Below are positions 46,992 through 57,371 of a DNA stretch of 64,000 nt, piece by piece (position 1 is the stretch's first letter; the number at the start of each line of letters is the position of its first letter). This DNA is from Candidatus Latescibacterota bacterium (GTDB lineage: Bacteria > Latescibacterota > UBA2968): contig OZ244960.1 of the NCBI GenBank assembly GCA_965222605.1, positions 2,752,001-2,816,000 on the forward strand. Reading direction: 5' to 3'. Below the pieces are notes generated by a model, which was not told where the DNA came from, made no database searches, and saw only the letters and a program-made list of their open reading frames with translations. Made by a program: the position numbers and the translations under genes.

Positions 46992-48770
46992 TCAATCCGC
47001 TCCAAATGACAGTTCAGTTTGCTGCGCGTTTGATGAAGATGGAAGAGATGGGGAAGGTATCTCATTCATACCTTTATCACCCACTGCGCTACACACTTCT
47101 CCCCAATCAATGAAATATTCGTCAAAATAGCGAATGGGATATTTGCTGAACTTAACAATATCCTCTCTATCGGGCTTCCGCCCCAGCCTGATAGCAATTT
47201 CTTTAACCTCGAGCTGTAGTGTTTTCTTGGGAACCTCGTATTTCTGTTTTTGTAAGCGAGCGACCCTGCTATTTTTTGCCTTTGGCGTTGTACCATTTTT
47301 TGCAAATGGATCCTTACCCTTTCTCAGATCCTGATGTCTTTCAGTAGCAATCGCGTGATATGTAGCCGAAAGTTCAATACCAATAAATTTCCTTCCAAGC
47401 ATCTCTGAAGTCAAAGTTGTTGTACCTGCACCATTGAATGGATCCAAAACGAGGTCACCTTCTCTGGTAAAAGTATGAATAAGCCGCTTCATCAACGCGG
47501 GCGGTAACTGACACGGGTGATCAACCCTTTTTGAATTGTGTTTCAGTCTGTGAATATCCCACCACAAATTGCCAATGGGTTGTCGGTCTGTAATTTTGAT
47601 TGCATTCCGTTTCTTAATGCAAGCACTCCTAACGCAATACCAGGGCTTAAGGCTCATACTCTCCTGAAAAATTTCCCAACTGGGTTCCTGTTCGTGATTG
47701 GCAATTTCAATTGGTTTACCTTTGCTAAAGCAGATAATACCATAATGTGCAGGCATGATTTTTCTAAGAGGTAAGCTCAATCCTTCCCAGACTATCCAAT
47801 CTTGATAATCTAAAATCCTTTTCGCAAAAGAAAAATGTCTAACGACCCAAAGCGGGATATTTATCATTGCAAAAGTTCGACCGGGTTTCAATATTCTGGC
47901 CGATTCTGCGATCCATTGATCACACCAGGAAAAATAATCAGTAATATCCTGTGCATCATCCCAACTGTCGTATTTCTTTTTAATATTATATGGGGGATCT
48001 GCAAAAATAAAATCTACGGAATTTTCAGGCATTGTTTTGAGGATATCCAGGCAATCTCCGTTGAGCAAACGGCTTTCGCCGGGATCATTTAGAACGTCAC
48101 CTGAAGTGTGAAGCAGTTTCACTTTCTCTTTAGTCGAGAACTGAAAAAAATCCCTGCCATCACAATAAACAAGTTGTTTGTGAGGCTCGAGTCCAAACAG
48201 ATCCTTTAGCCTGTTCAGAATCGCCTTCGGTTCTCCATCATTCTCGTAAGATATATCGCGCCAAATATCTGACATCAGTGTTCCATAGGGGCTATAAAGA
48301 TGCTTCTTGCCGCCATAGTCCTTTGTTGTTTTGTCACAGGCAGGGCAATAAGTATATGCTATTTGAGTTTTGTTATGTTTTAGAGAACTCTTGTAATTGG
48401 TAAAAACCAAAAGCGCGACCTGATCATCGGGCAAAGCACCTTGTCTCAATATTGCTTGCTTGCGTTTAACAGCAATCCAGAGTTTGAAATTGATAATATT
48501 CTGAAACTCTTCTATCACATAGCAAGCGATATGAGGATGCGTTAAAAAACAAATCACGCTTTCCTCTGGTAGCTTTTCGCGGAAACGGTCAAAATTTTGC
48601 TCGAAAAATCCTGTGGGGATTTTATTGTCAAAATCGACTTCCGTCGGCAAATGAAAAAGCCATATATCCGGTTGCGATGGTGTTGGTGATAATTTTGGAA
48701 AACCTTCAAACTTTCTCATAGAGATGCTTAAAGGTTTGCAGTCTTCGCTTCTATGTGCCATTTGAAACAT
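46992..48770 (-). CDS. Beta-class amino (N6A/N4C) DNA methyltransferase with N- and C-terminal extensions (start uncertain)
   Basis: FADPPYN precedes VLDPFNGAGTT; HPCQLP. Confidence 0.92.
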   Translation of the reverse strand: MFQMAHRSEDCKPLSISMRKFEGFPKLSPTPSQPDIWLFHLPTEVDFDNKIPTGFFEQNFDRFREKLPEESVICFLTHPHIACYVIEEFQNIINFKLWIAVKRKQAILRQGALPDDQVALLVFTNYKSSLKHNKTQIAYTYCPACDKTTKDYGGKKHLYSPYGTLMSDIWRDISYENDGEPKAILNRLKDLFGLEPHKQLVYCDGRDFFQFSTKEKVKLLHTSGDVLNDPGESRLLNGDCLDILKTMPENSVDFIFADPPYNIKKKYDSWDDAQDITDYFSWCDQWIAESARILKPGRTFAMINIPLWVVRHFSFAKRILDYQDWIVWEGLSLPLRKIMPAHYGIICFSKGKPIEIANHEQEPSWEIFQESMSLKPWYCVRSACIKKRNAIKITDRQPIGNLWWDIHRLKHNSKRVDHPCQLPPALMKRLIHTFTREGDLVLDPFNGAGTTTLTSEMLGRKFIGIELSATYHAIATERHQDLRKGKDPFAKNGTTPKAKNSRVARLQKQKYEVPKKTLQLEVKEIAIRLGRKPDREDIVKFSKYPIRYFDEYFIDWGEVCSAVGDKGMNEIPSPSLPSSSNAQQTELSFGAD

Positions 48771-49782
48771 ATCCTACCATTGTCCCTGCAAGACGCTTGA
48801 TGTCGCCTTCACTAAAATTGACAATACAATCACTGTAGTCGATTAAATCTTGTACAAAAGAACGGCGTTCAAAATTACCTGCGCCATCAACGACATACGC
48901 AACCTTATGGCCTTTGTCATGAAGAAGCGTTTGTCTATCATATGCGAGTTTGGCCTTCCTTTCTACAACACTATTTGTCGTGAATTGAAAGCTCACTTCA
49001 ATACCCCAGGACGTGCTACCATCAGGACTTGTACCAACTATGTCGAATCTCGTATCTGTTCTGCCTTCATTTTGGCTGATACCGGGAATAGTAGATTTTG
49101 AAAAATCCCAACGCGGAAGATATTGTGCCAAACGTTCTTTAACATAGTCCTGAGCAAGATTACCCATCCTGTTGGATGTTGCACCCCCAGTAATTCGACT
49201 CACCCAAATATATCTTTCTTTGATGTATTTTTCTAATCGCGTTTTATCGCCAAGCATTGAGCCAATAATACATTTGTTTTCGATTTCTTCTGGCAAAGTA
49301 TTGGTTGACAAACTGCCAAATAGGATCAAGGTGCTTACATCAATAATATCATTTGTGAGAGTCCGACGTTGCTGAAGACCCTTTCCATCAAGCCCTAAAT
49401 TTTGATTGCTCCACTTCTTGCGCTTAAAAAGAGAAGTCATTTCATGCTCATAAACTTCATCGCGAAAGATAAATTGAAAATTTTCGTTTTGGAATTCCCT
49501 CGGAAGCTCTGTTGCAAAGCGTTTTAAGCTTTCTCCACCTATGTCGGATAAAATACACAGGTGTTTTAGGAATAGATTAGGATAGAGCGCATCCGTGAGA
49601 GACAAAAATTGAGTCCAGGCACAAGGATCTTTATCCGCAAGATGGAGTACACTGATAAAATGATCTTGCGTTGCGAGGAGCAATGGAATAATACTGGAAC
49701 TTCTCTCTTTCTCAGCTATCTCAGAGGGCCAATAGATCACAGCATTTTTTTTTAGTTCCTCTACGGTTCTGGGATAAGGCAT
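48751..49782 (-). CDS. Type II restriction endonuclease, BanI/HgiCI-like
   Basis: PNLFLKHL..L.D.GGE, IKERYIWVSRITGGA, FD...IEVSFQFTTNS..ERKA, DGAGNF match R.BanI as recalled. Confidence 0.8.
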   Translation of the reverse strand: MPYPRTVEELKKNAVIYWPSEIAEKERSSSIIPLLLATQDHFISVLHLADKDPCAWTQFLSLTDALYPNLFLKHLCILSDIGGESLKRFATELPREFQNENFQFIFRDEVYEHEMTSLFKRKKWSNQNLGLDGKGLQQRRTLTNDIIDVSTLILFGSLSTNTLPEEIENKCIIGSMLGDKTRLEKYIKERYIWVSRITGGATSNRMGNLAQDYVKERLAQYLPRWDFSKSTIPGISQNEGRTDTRFDIVGTSPDGSTSWGIEVSFQFTTNSVVERKAKLAYDRQTLLHDKGHKVAYVVDGAGNFERRSFVQDLIDYSDCIVNFSEGDIKRLAGTMVGYVSNGT

Positions 49783-50041
49783 GACAAAACACTCCATTTT
49801 AGCCGAAACAACTATCTAAACCATTGAAAAATAAAAATTTAAAGTTTTTACTGAATTTCAATTCTATACTATTATACTCTCACCTAACAAAATCATCAAG
49901 GGTATTTAAGCAAGTTTTTTGTGGTTACAGTTATTGGGCCAAGGACCGCTGATTTGTCAAAGGGTCGCGTATAGTGTTGTCACCTTAACCTCAAACTAAC
50001 GCATTTTTCCGGCAATATCAAGCACTTGATCGCTGATCGCT

Positions 50042-50875
50042 TTAATACTTTCGCGCCAGCGGATCTGCACCGAGGACATCGGAATGAGCAATTGCACTGC
50101 GGAGGGCTGTATAGAGAGGAAGAAGACACTCGACATTTTGCGCGAGGGATCGTATCACAAAAAGATCGGGCCTGGGGGAAGCAAAGGAAAGCAAGAGAGA
50201 ATGCTGCGAGGGTTTCAACAATGGAGCGAGCGTTTGGGAAAATTTTTCGACCAAATATGTAAAACTCACAGAAGTACCCACAACAAAAATATTAAAAACA
50301 ACATTATAAGCCCCAAAAGCACCTGTATGAGTTGGCGACAACGCACCCGGCTCGGAATAATAGCGTTCGATCAGAATCGGGCGTTTGGCCGTGTGAATAG
50401 TAATATCAGATCGATAACGCGTGTAAGCAAAATGCTCGCCAAAAGCCATGCGCCCAGCAGTATGACCATCGGCAAGCACCAGGCATGCGTCAGACCCCAG
50501 ATGCCACGTCTGCTCCTGCTCAAAAACACTTCGCGCATACGGAACAACGGGATCGGGCAAGACAACGGCAAGGCCCCCGCCTTCGACCGCACCGACAATC
50601 TTTTGTTTACACGGAATACCATTGGGACTCTTATAAACTTTGGTAAACGCCTGAGTACCCAGATAGAGGGCTGCCCCTTCACCACAACGCACGCGCAACG
50701 TCGTCGCATCCCCCTCGACCATACCGCCCCCATAACTGGAAAGCACAACAGCACAATAATCGCCCTGTGCGGCGGGATTGAGCAACTTCAAAGGAGCGAC
50801 TGAGCGACAGGCAGTAAGAACAGAACGAGAGCCATTGCGGGTCACTTCAATTCGGGAAGAAAGAGAAGACATCAT
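50042..50875 (-). CDS. ureD: Urease accessory protein UreD
   Basis: [36 protein letters not shown]. Confidence 0.92.
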   Translation of the reverse strand: MMSSLSSRIEVTRNGSRSVLTACRSVAPLKLLNPAAQGDYCAVVLSSYGGGMVEGDATTLRVRCGEGAALYLGTQAFTKVYKSPNGIPCKQKIVGAVEGGGLAVVLPDPVVPYARSVFEQEQTWHLGSDACLVLADGHTAGRMAFGEHFAYTRYRSDITIHTAKRPILIERYYSEPGALSPTHTGAFGAYNVVFNIFVVGTSVSFTYLVEKFSQTLAPLLKPSQHSLLLSFASPRPDLFVIRSLAQNVECLLPLYTALRSAIAHSDVLGADPLARKY

Positions 50876-51597
50876 CGAGGCTGAGGTGACAGAACAGACC
50901 TGCGAGCGTGGAGAATATGTTCAATAATCTCGTCGAGCCCAGACCCGTGTTTGAGACAGGCAAAAAGCGTGGGACCATCTCCGCGCATCTTTTTTGCATC
51001 TCGCGCCATAACCCCCAGATCTGCACCAACGAGACCGGCGAGATCGGTCTTATTGATAACGAGCAAATCCGATTGGGTAATACCCGGTCCCCCTTTTCGG
51101 GGAATCTTGTCCCCAGCGGACACATCGATCACGTAAATGGCGTAATCGACAAGCTCCTTGCTAAAATGCGCCGCCAGATTGTCGCCACCACTCTCCACAA
51201 AAAGCAAATCGATATCGCACGCAAAGCGAATCATCAAATCTTCAAGCGCGTTCAAATTCAGCGAAATATCCTCGCGAATAGCTGCATGCGGACATCCACC
51301 CGTCTCAACGCCAATAATGCGATCGGCCTCGAGCACCTTGTGACGCAAGAGAAATTCGGCATCTTCGCGCGTGAAAATATCGTTCGTAACCACACCGAGG
51401 CTATAGCGTTCGCGCAGGGCTTCGCACAGCACGCGAACAAGAGCCGTCTTCCCAGTACCGACCGGTCCACCAACCCCCACCGTGAATGCGCGCTGTGAAA
51501 AATCGCGGTCGCAGAGAACCGACTCGCGCAGGGCAAAATCGCCGGGAGATTCAAAGAGTTCGTGAGAATGATCGTGATGGTGGTCATGATTATGCAT
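50872..51597 (-). CDS. ureG: Urease accessory GTPase UreG with His-rich N-terminus
   Basis: [39 protein letters not shown]. Confidence 0.96.
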   Translation of the reverse strand: MHNHDHHHDHSHELFESPGDFALRESVLCDRDFSQRAFTVGVGGPVGTGKTALVRVLCEALRERYSLGVVTNDIFTREDAEFLLRHKVLEADRIIGVETGGCPHAAIREDISLNLNALEDLMIRFACDIDLLFVESGGDNLAAHFSKELVDYAIYVIDVSAGDKIPRKGGPGITQSDLLVINKTDLAGLVGADLGVMARDAKKMRGDGPTLFACLKHGSGLDEIIEHILHARRSVLSPQPR

Positions 51598-51607
51598 GGC
51601 GAATCCT

Positions 51608-52282
51608 TCAACTCTGAAACAATCGCGAATAGAGATACTCGTGCATACCCTGGGCAATATCCCATTGGGGCGCACAGCGCGTCGCACACGTATAATCTGC
51701 CTGCGCGACAGAAGTCATAGCTCTAATCGCTGTTTTGTGATGGCGTTTTTGCAACCGCGCGGCTTCCATGGGACCGATCTGCCCCAGGCGAACAGCCGCA
51801 CTGATCTGATCGCGCAAAAATTGATACATAAAAATCCGACACGTATGCCTGCGCTTGAGCCCTGCAATCCTGAAAGTCGTACCAAAAACAATCGTATAAT
51901 GAGCCGGCACAGGTTGCGAAAGCAACGCCTTGTGCAAACGCGCCATCGCATCGGAAAAATACAAATCGCGCATCAAACGCAACAAATTGCGCCCCTGCAC
52001 CTCACTGCCCCGGGCAATCGCCGGTGCCGTGAGCATCGCGTCGTACGTGAGCAGCATCTCGGTCAAATCTGTGGGAATCGGATCACCCTTAAAACACGCA
52101 TTAATAAAAGGAATCTCACTTCTTGCCGTCGCATAGATCACCGTTTGCACATACGCATCCAGATCATCAGAAGAACGCAACAAGCCCATCTGTTTGGTAG
52201 CCTCAAGCCCATTGGAAAATGCGTATCCACCCGTGGGCAAATTGCTATCGGCAAGTGTGAGAAGATCGAGGAGCATGATCAA
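51608..52282 (-). CDS. ureF: Urease accessory protein UreF
   Basis: [35 protein letters not shown]. Confidence 0.94.
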   Translation of the reverse strand: MIMLLDLLTLADSNLPTGGYAFSNGLEATKQMGLLRSSDDLDAYVQTVIYATARSEIPFINACFKGDPIPTDLTEMLLTYDAMLTAPAIARGSEVQGRNLLRLMRDLYFSDAMARLHKALLSQPVPAHYTIVFGTTFRIAGLKRRHTCRIFMYQFLRDQISAAVRLGQIGPMEAARLQKRHHKTAIRAMTSVAQADYTCATRCAPQWDIAQGMHEYLYSRLFQS

Positions 52283-53982
52283 AACAAATTATAAAGCTGC
52301 GCCAGTGGCAATTTCTCTGCCGCCTCACAGGTGAGCATCTCGCCATTGACCGTAACACTATAAGTTTCCGGATCAATGTGAATATCGGGAATAAAATCGT
52401 TGAGCTTCATATCCTTCTTCCCAATATCCCGACAATTGGACACCGCAACAACGCCTTTGGACAGATTATAAGACGCAACAATATCCAGCGAAGCCAGAGA
52501 GACAAAAGCGAGAGACGTAGAACCCACGGCATTGCCATAAGCACCGAACATAGGACGCGGATACACGGGTTGCGGCGTGGGAATCGAGGCATTTGGATCG
52601 CCCATTTGTGAACATGCGATCACGCCCCCTTTAATCACCATCTCGGGTTTTGCACCAAAAAAAGCGGGTTTCCAAAGCACGAGATCCGCGAGTTTGCCCA
52701 CCTCAATTGAGCCGATGTGATCGCTCAAACCATGAGCCGTCGCGGGATTAATCGTGTATTTGGCGATATAGCGTTTCACGCGCGCGTTATCACTGCCCCG
52801 ATCGCCGCGCAACGCACCGCGCTGTTCGCGCATCTTATGGGCAGTCTGCCATGTGCGGCAGATAACTTCCCCCACGCGCCCCATAGCCTGGCTATCCGAT
52901 GCAATGATCGACAGCGCACCCATATCGTGCAAAATATCTTCTGCCGCAATCGTCTCCTGCCGGATCCGGCTTTCGGCAAAAGCGACATCCTCAGGTATAT
53001 TTTTATCGAGGTGATGACACACCATGAGCATATCGAGATGCTCGTCAATCGTATTCGCCGTGAAGGGCCGCGTGGGATTGGTGGAAGAAGGCAAAACATT
53101 GGCCTCACCGCAAAGACGCATAATATCCGGCGCGTGTCCCCCGCCCGCGCCCTCGGTATGATACGTGTGAATCGTGCGCCCCTTAAAAGCCGCACAACTC
53201 TGTTCCACAAAACCCGACTCATTGAGCGTATCGGTATGGATCGCCACCTGAACATCGTATTCTTCGGCAACCGAGAGACAGGAATCAATAGCAGCAGGCG
53301 TCGTGCCCCAGTCTTCGTGGAGTTTGAGACCACATGCACCGCCTTCGATCTGTTCAATAAGCCCTTGCGGAAGCGAGGAATTGCCCTTGCCCAAAAATCC
53401 AAAATTGAGGGGATACGCATCACTCGACTCGAGCATCATGCGAATGTGGTGCGCCCCCGGTGTGCAGGTCGTGGCATTGGTGCCCGTCGCCGGTCCCGTG
53501 CCACCACCGAGCATCGTAGTAATACCCGAAGCAATCGCTTCTTCAATTTGCTGAGGACAAATAAAATGGACGTGCACATCGAGCGCGCCAGCAGTGAGCA
53601 TATGCCCTTCGCCCGCGATAACCTCGGTCGTAACCCCCACGATGAGATTGGGATCAACGCCAGACATAATATCGGGATTCCCCGCTTTGCCAATGCCGGC
53701 GATGCGCCCGTTTTTAATCCCAATATCCGCTTTGTATATCCCCGTATAGTCAATAACAAGCGCATTGGTAATAACGAGATCCAGCGCCCTATCTTGCGAT
53801 ACACCCGTAGCCTGCCCCATGCCGTCGCGCAGCACTTTCCCCCCGCCAAACTTGCATTCATCGCCGTAAATCGTATAATCGTTTTCCACCTCAATAACGA
53901 GATGGGTATCGCCCAGTTGAACGCGGTCTCCCGTTGTGGGACCGTACATACTGGCATAAGCGATTCGGTCAATTTGAGCCAT
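52279..53982 (-). CDS. ureC: Urease subunit alpha
   Basis: [36 protein letters not shown]. Confidence 0.98.
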   Translation of the reverse strand: MAQIDRIAYASMYGPTTGDRVQLGDTHLVIEVENDYTIYGDECKFGGGKVLRDGMGQATGVSQDRALDLVITNALVIDYTGIYKADIGIKNGRIAGIGKAGNPDIMSGVDPNLIVGVTTEVIAGEGHMLTAGALDVHVHFICPQQIEEAIASGITTMLGGGTGPATGTNATTCTPGAHHIRMMLESSDAYPLNFGFLGKGNSSLPQGLIEQIEGGACGLKLHEDWGTTPAAIDSCLSVAEEYDVQVAIHTDTLNESGFVEQSCAAFKGRTIHTYHTEGAGGGHAPDIMRLCGEANVLPSSTNPTRPFTANTIDEHLDMLMVCHHLDKNIPEDVAFAESRIRQETIAAEDILHDMGALSIIASDSQAMGRVGEVICRTWQTAHKMREQRGALRGDRGSDNARVKRYIAKYTINPATAHGLSDHIGSIEVGKLADLVLWKPAFFGAKPEMVIKGGVIACSQMGDPNASIPTPQPVYPRPMFGAYGNAVGSTSLAFVSLASLDIVASYNLSKGVVAVSNCRDIGKKDMKLNDFIPDIHIDPETYSVTVNGEMLTCEAAEKLPLAQLYNLF

Positions 53983-54009
53983 CTAAAACCCTAATTGAAA
54001 AATGAAAAA

Positions 54010-54759
54010 TTAGGCCCCTTTAAATCCACCATCCCCCGCCCTTTGCAAAGCCTCTGCTTTGTTCTCATCGAGTTGCCCCGAAATAAGACTATTCCCACCA
54101 TAAACTGTGCGGTTACCGGCAATAGCGACGAGATTGACCGTTCTGCTCTCGCCCGGTTCAAAACGCACGGCAGTACCAGATGGAATATCGAGACGGAAGC
54201 CATAGGCTTTTTCGCGATCAAACGAAAGCGCGGGATTAACTTCAAAAAATGTGTAATGCGATCCCACCTGTATCGGGCGATCGCCGGTATTGGTGACGGA
54301 AAGAGTAATGGTTTCTCGGTCCGCATTGAGAGTAATCGGATCCGCTGCCGTAGTCCCGGTACCCGGCATTTCTGAAACAGTATTATCCGGCGACCAGGGC
54401 GAGCGGACGCGCGTAAGCCCCGAACCGTACAACGCGAGTTTGGAATCGCCTTCTGCACGGCAAATAGGATGGTGAACCGTCACGAGTTTCGTCCCATCGG
54501 GAAACGTACCCTCCACCTGCACCTCGTGAACCATATCGGGAACACCGGGCAACACATCTTCCGTACCGAGCAACTGCTTGCCCTTATCCATAAGCGTGGC
54601 AACAGACTCGCCATCGCGGATAAATTCGAGAAGCTGTGCCGCGATGAGCGATACGGCTTCGGGATAATTGAGACGCAAGCCCCGAGCATACCGCTTCTGT
54701 GCGAGAAAACCCGCGTTGTGAAGCATGAGTTTATCAATCTCTTTAGGCGATAAATGCAT
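54010..54759 (-). CDS. ureAB: Fused urease gamma-beta subunit
   Basis: LNYPEA...[12 protein letters not shown] (gamma) fused to [13 protein letters not shown]...AVRFEPG (beta). Confidence 0.95.
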   Translation of the reverse strand: MHLSPKEIDKLMLHNAGFLAQKRYARGLRLNYPEAVSLIAAQLLEFIRDGESVATLMDKGKQLLGTEDVLPGVPDMVHEVQVEGTFPDGTKLVTVHHPICRAEGDSKLALYGSGLTRVRSPWSPDNTVSEMPGTGTTAADPITLNADRETITLSVTNTGDRPIQVGSHYTFFEVNPALSFDREKAYGFRLDIPSGTAVRFEPGESRTVNLVAIAGNRTVYGGNSLISGQLDENKAEALQRAGDGGFKGA

Positions 54760-54771
54760 GAAAATCCCTGA

Positions 54772-55494
54772 TTAAAACGTGAGATACTGTTTAATACTCT
54801 CGTCCGATAATTCGTCCGCAGAACCGCACAACGCAATGGTCCCGCGATCCATCAAATAAAAATAATCGGCAATCTGTCGGGCAAAAACAAAGTATTGCTC
54901 CACCAGAATAATAGTGAGATTGCCCTTGTTCTTCAGATGAATCAACACATTTTCTATATCGAGAATAATCGAAGGCTGAATACCTTCTGTGGGTTCATCC
55001 AGAATGAGAATATCCGGATCGCCAACGAGCGCACGGGCAATGGCGAGTTGCTGTTGCTGTCCACCACTGAGATTTCCACCCATTCGATCTTGCATATCGG
55101 CCAATACGGGAAAAAGATCGTAGATAAGATCTTTCGGCAGAGTTGTAAGACCATCTGTGCGCGCCTCCAAACCAATCTGCAAATTTTCATTCACCGTGAG
55201 CTTGGGAAAAATTTCGCGCCCTTGCGGCACATAACTCAAACCCGCGCGCGCCCGCAAATCCGGCGTCTGCCCCGTTATATTCTCCCCATCCAACAAAATA
55301 TTTCCTCGCCGAGGTCGCAACAGACCAACGATCGTCTTGATAAGCGTAGTCTTACCAACGCCATTGCGACCCATAACTGCCACAATAGCCCCTCTGGGGA
55401 TATCCATACCAATATCGCGCAAGATCTGACTCTCGCCGTAATAAACATCCAGACCTCGAACGGTAAGCGCAGTATCTGTAATCGTCATCGACAT
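54772..55494 (-). CDS. urtE: Urea ABC transporter ATP-binding subunit UrtE
   Basis: GRNGVGKTT, VPQGREIF, LSGGQQQQLAIARAL, DEPTEGIQP. Confidence 0.93.
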   Translation of the reverse strand: MSMTITDTALTVRGLDVYYGESQILRDIGMDIPRGAIVAVMGRNGVGKTTLIKTIVGLLRPRRGNILLDGENITGQTPDLRARAGLSYVPQGREIFPKLTVNENLQIGLEARTDGLTTLPKDLIYDLFPVLADMQDRMGGNLSGGQQQQLAIARALVGDPDILILDEPTEGIQPSIILDIENVLIHLKNKGNLTIILVEQYFVFARQIADYFYLMDRGTIALCGSADELSDESIKQYLTF

Positions 55495-55495
55495 C

Positions 55496-56254
55496 CTATT
55501 CCATGTCTTGTGAACTACCCAAATAACATTCAATAACTCGGGGATCATTTTGCACCTGCTCCATCGGTCCCTCCACGAGCACCTTGCCCTCGTGGAGAAC
55601 CGTGACAGTGCGGGCGATTTGTCTCACAAATTCCATATCGTGTTCAATAACAATAATCGCGTGATTCATCGTCAGACGTTGGAGAAGCTCACCTGTCTTA
55701 ACCGTCTCTTCATCGGTCATGCCAGCAGCGGGTTCGTCAATCAAAAAAAGCTCGGGATCTTGCAAAATAACCATCGCAATCTCGAGCCACTGTTTTTGCC
55801 CGTGCGAGAGGGCGTCAGCAACAGTATGCAAATGATCAGCCAGACCCGTCTGTTCTGCAACAGCATCAATGCGATCGCGATTATTGTCCGACAGACGCGA
55901 AACCAGTGAAAAGAGAACCGTGCGGTCGGTTTTGAGCGCGAGCATCAAATTTTCGTACACCGTGAGAGAAGTAAAAACAGAAGGCGTTTGAAACTTGCGA
56001 CCGACCCCGGCCTTGACAATAGCATCTTCACTCATCTGGGTGAGATCGAATTTTTCAAAACGCGCACTGCCGCGATCGGGTCTGGTTTTGCCACATAAAA
56101 CATCGAGAAAAGTAGTCTTCCCTGCCCCATTTGGACCGATAACAACGCGCAATTCGCGGTCGTGCAGGACAAACTCATCTATATCGAGCGCGACAAACCC
56201 ATCGAAAGACACGCGCAGATTTTCAACAGTTAGCAGAACCGGATCAAATATCAT
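55496..56254 (-). CDS. urtD: Urea ABC transporter ATP-binding subunit UrtD
   Basis: GPNGAGKTT, GRKFQTP, LSHGQKQWLEI. Confidence 0.93.
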   Translation of the reverse strand: MIFDPVLLTVENLRVSFDGFVALDIDEFVLHDRELRVVIGPNGAGKTTFLDVLCGKTRPDRGSARFEKFDLTQMSEDAIVKAGVGRKFQTPSVFTSLTVYENLMLALKTDRTVLFSLVSRLSDNNRDRIDAVAEQTGLADHLHTVADALSHGQKQWLEIAMVILQDPELFLIDEPAAGMTDEETVKTGELLQRLTMNHAIIVIEHDMEFVRQIARTVTVLHEGKVLVEGPMEQVQNDPRVIECYLGSSQDME

Positions 56255-56255
56255 A

Positions 56256-57350
56256 TCAATCCTGGCTTTCAGCGGCTACAGGTGCAGGGGTACGTGTGGG
56301 GAAAAATCGCTTCAGACTATTTATATCTATTTTTGATCGCAGACCTATAAGACCATCGGGAAAAAAGAGCACAACGCCAATAAAAAGGAACCCCAAAAAA
56401 TAGAGCCAGGTGCCGGGGAACGCACCCGTCAAAAAACTGTAAAGAAGATTGACAAGCACTGCGCCGATAATGGGACCAATCAGAGTCCCCCGCCCGCCAA
56501 CAGCAACCCATATCACCATTTCGATAGATGCCTGCACATCCATGCGGCCCGGTGTAATAATCCCGGTTTGAGGCACATAGAGCAACCCACCCAAAGCGCC
56601 GAGCATGCTGGCCATCACAAACACGAACACCTTGTAGCTGGCAACGCGATAGCCAATAAAACGCAGCCGATGCTCACTGTCGCGAACCGCAATAAGCACG
56701 CGCCCGAGCTTGGATTTTACCATAAATCGGCATAAAAAGTAGGAAACAAAAAGCGTGACAAAAGCAATAATATAAAGACCGCGTTTGCTCGCCGGATCGG
56801 CCAATTCAAAACCGAGCAAAGTCTTAAAATCTGTCAGACCATTGGTACCGCCGAGCATGGTTTCGTTACGCAAAAAAATGAGCCAGACGCCCAGGGCAAG
56901 TGCCTGCGTAATAATCGCAAAATAAACCCCCTGGAGACGACTGCGAAAAGCCAGGAACCCAAAAATGAGCGCGATAATCGCTGGAATCATAAGCGCCAGG
57001 ATAAATGCGAATGTAATAGTATGAAAAGGCTCCCAAAAGAGAGGCAATTGTTCCACGCGATTCCACACCATAAAATCGGGCAACGCACTGCCATAAACCC
57101 CTTTTGTACCCGTCTTGAGCAGCATGTGCATGCCAATCGCATACCCGCCCAAACAAAAAAAGAACGCCTGACACAGCGACAGGATACCCGTATATCCCCA
57201 GATCAGATCAATCCCCAGTGCGGCAATCGCAAAACAAAAATAACGACCCCAGAGATTTAATGTCGTATCTGAAAGCAACCCCATAGCATTGAGCACGGGC
57301 GCGGCAATACCAAAAATTAAAAATATAATAATGGGACGGTAGTAGGTCAT
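56256..57350 (-). CDS. urtC: Urea ABC transporter permease UrtC
   Basis: DLIWGYTGILSL, LPDFM.W, GGTNGLTDF. Confidence 0.93.
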   Translation of the reverse strand: MTYYRPIIIFLIFGIAAPVLNAMGLLSDTTLNLWGRYFCFAIAALGIDLIWGYTGILSLCQAFFFCLGGYAIGMHMLLKTGTKGVYGSALPDFMVWNRVEQLPLFWEPFHTITFAFILALMIPAIIALIFGFLAFRSRLQGVYFAIITQALALGVWLIFLRNETMLGGTNGLTDFKTLLGFELADPASKRGLYIIAFVTLFVSYFLCRFMVKSKLGRVLIAVRDSEHRLRFIGYRVASYKVFVFVMASMLGALGGLLYVPQTGIITPGRMDVQASIEMVIWVAVGGRGTLIGPIIGAVLVNLLYSFLTGAFPGTWLYFLGFLFIGVVLFFPDGLIGLRSKIDINSLKRFFPTRTPAPVAAESQD

Positions 57351-57371
57351 AAAATATCTCGTGAGGGTTTT

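Noticed and set aside
52717-53994. Long antisense ORFs (also 1878-2759, 14542-15597, 32636-33688, 42699-43793)
   Set aside because: Each overlaps a well-supported gene on the opposite strand and lacks recognisable motifs
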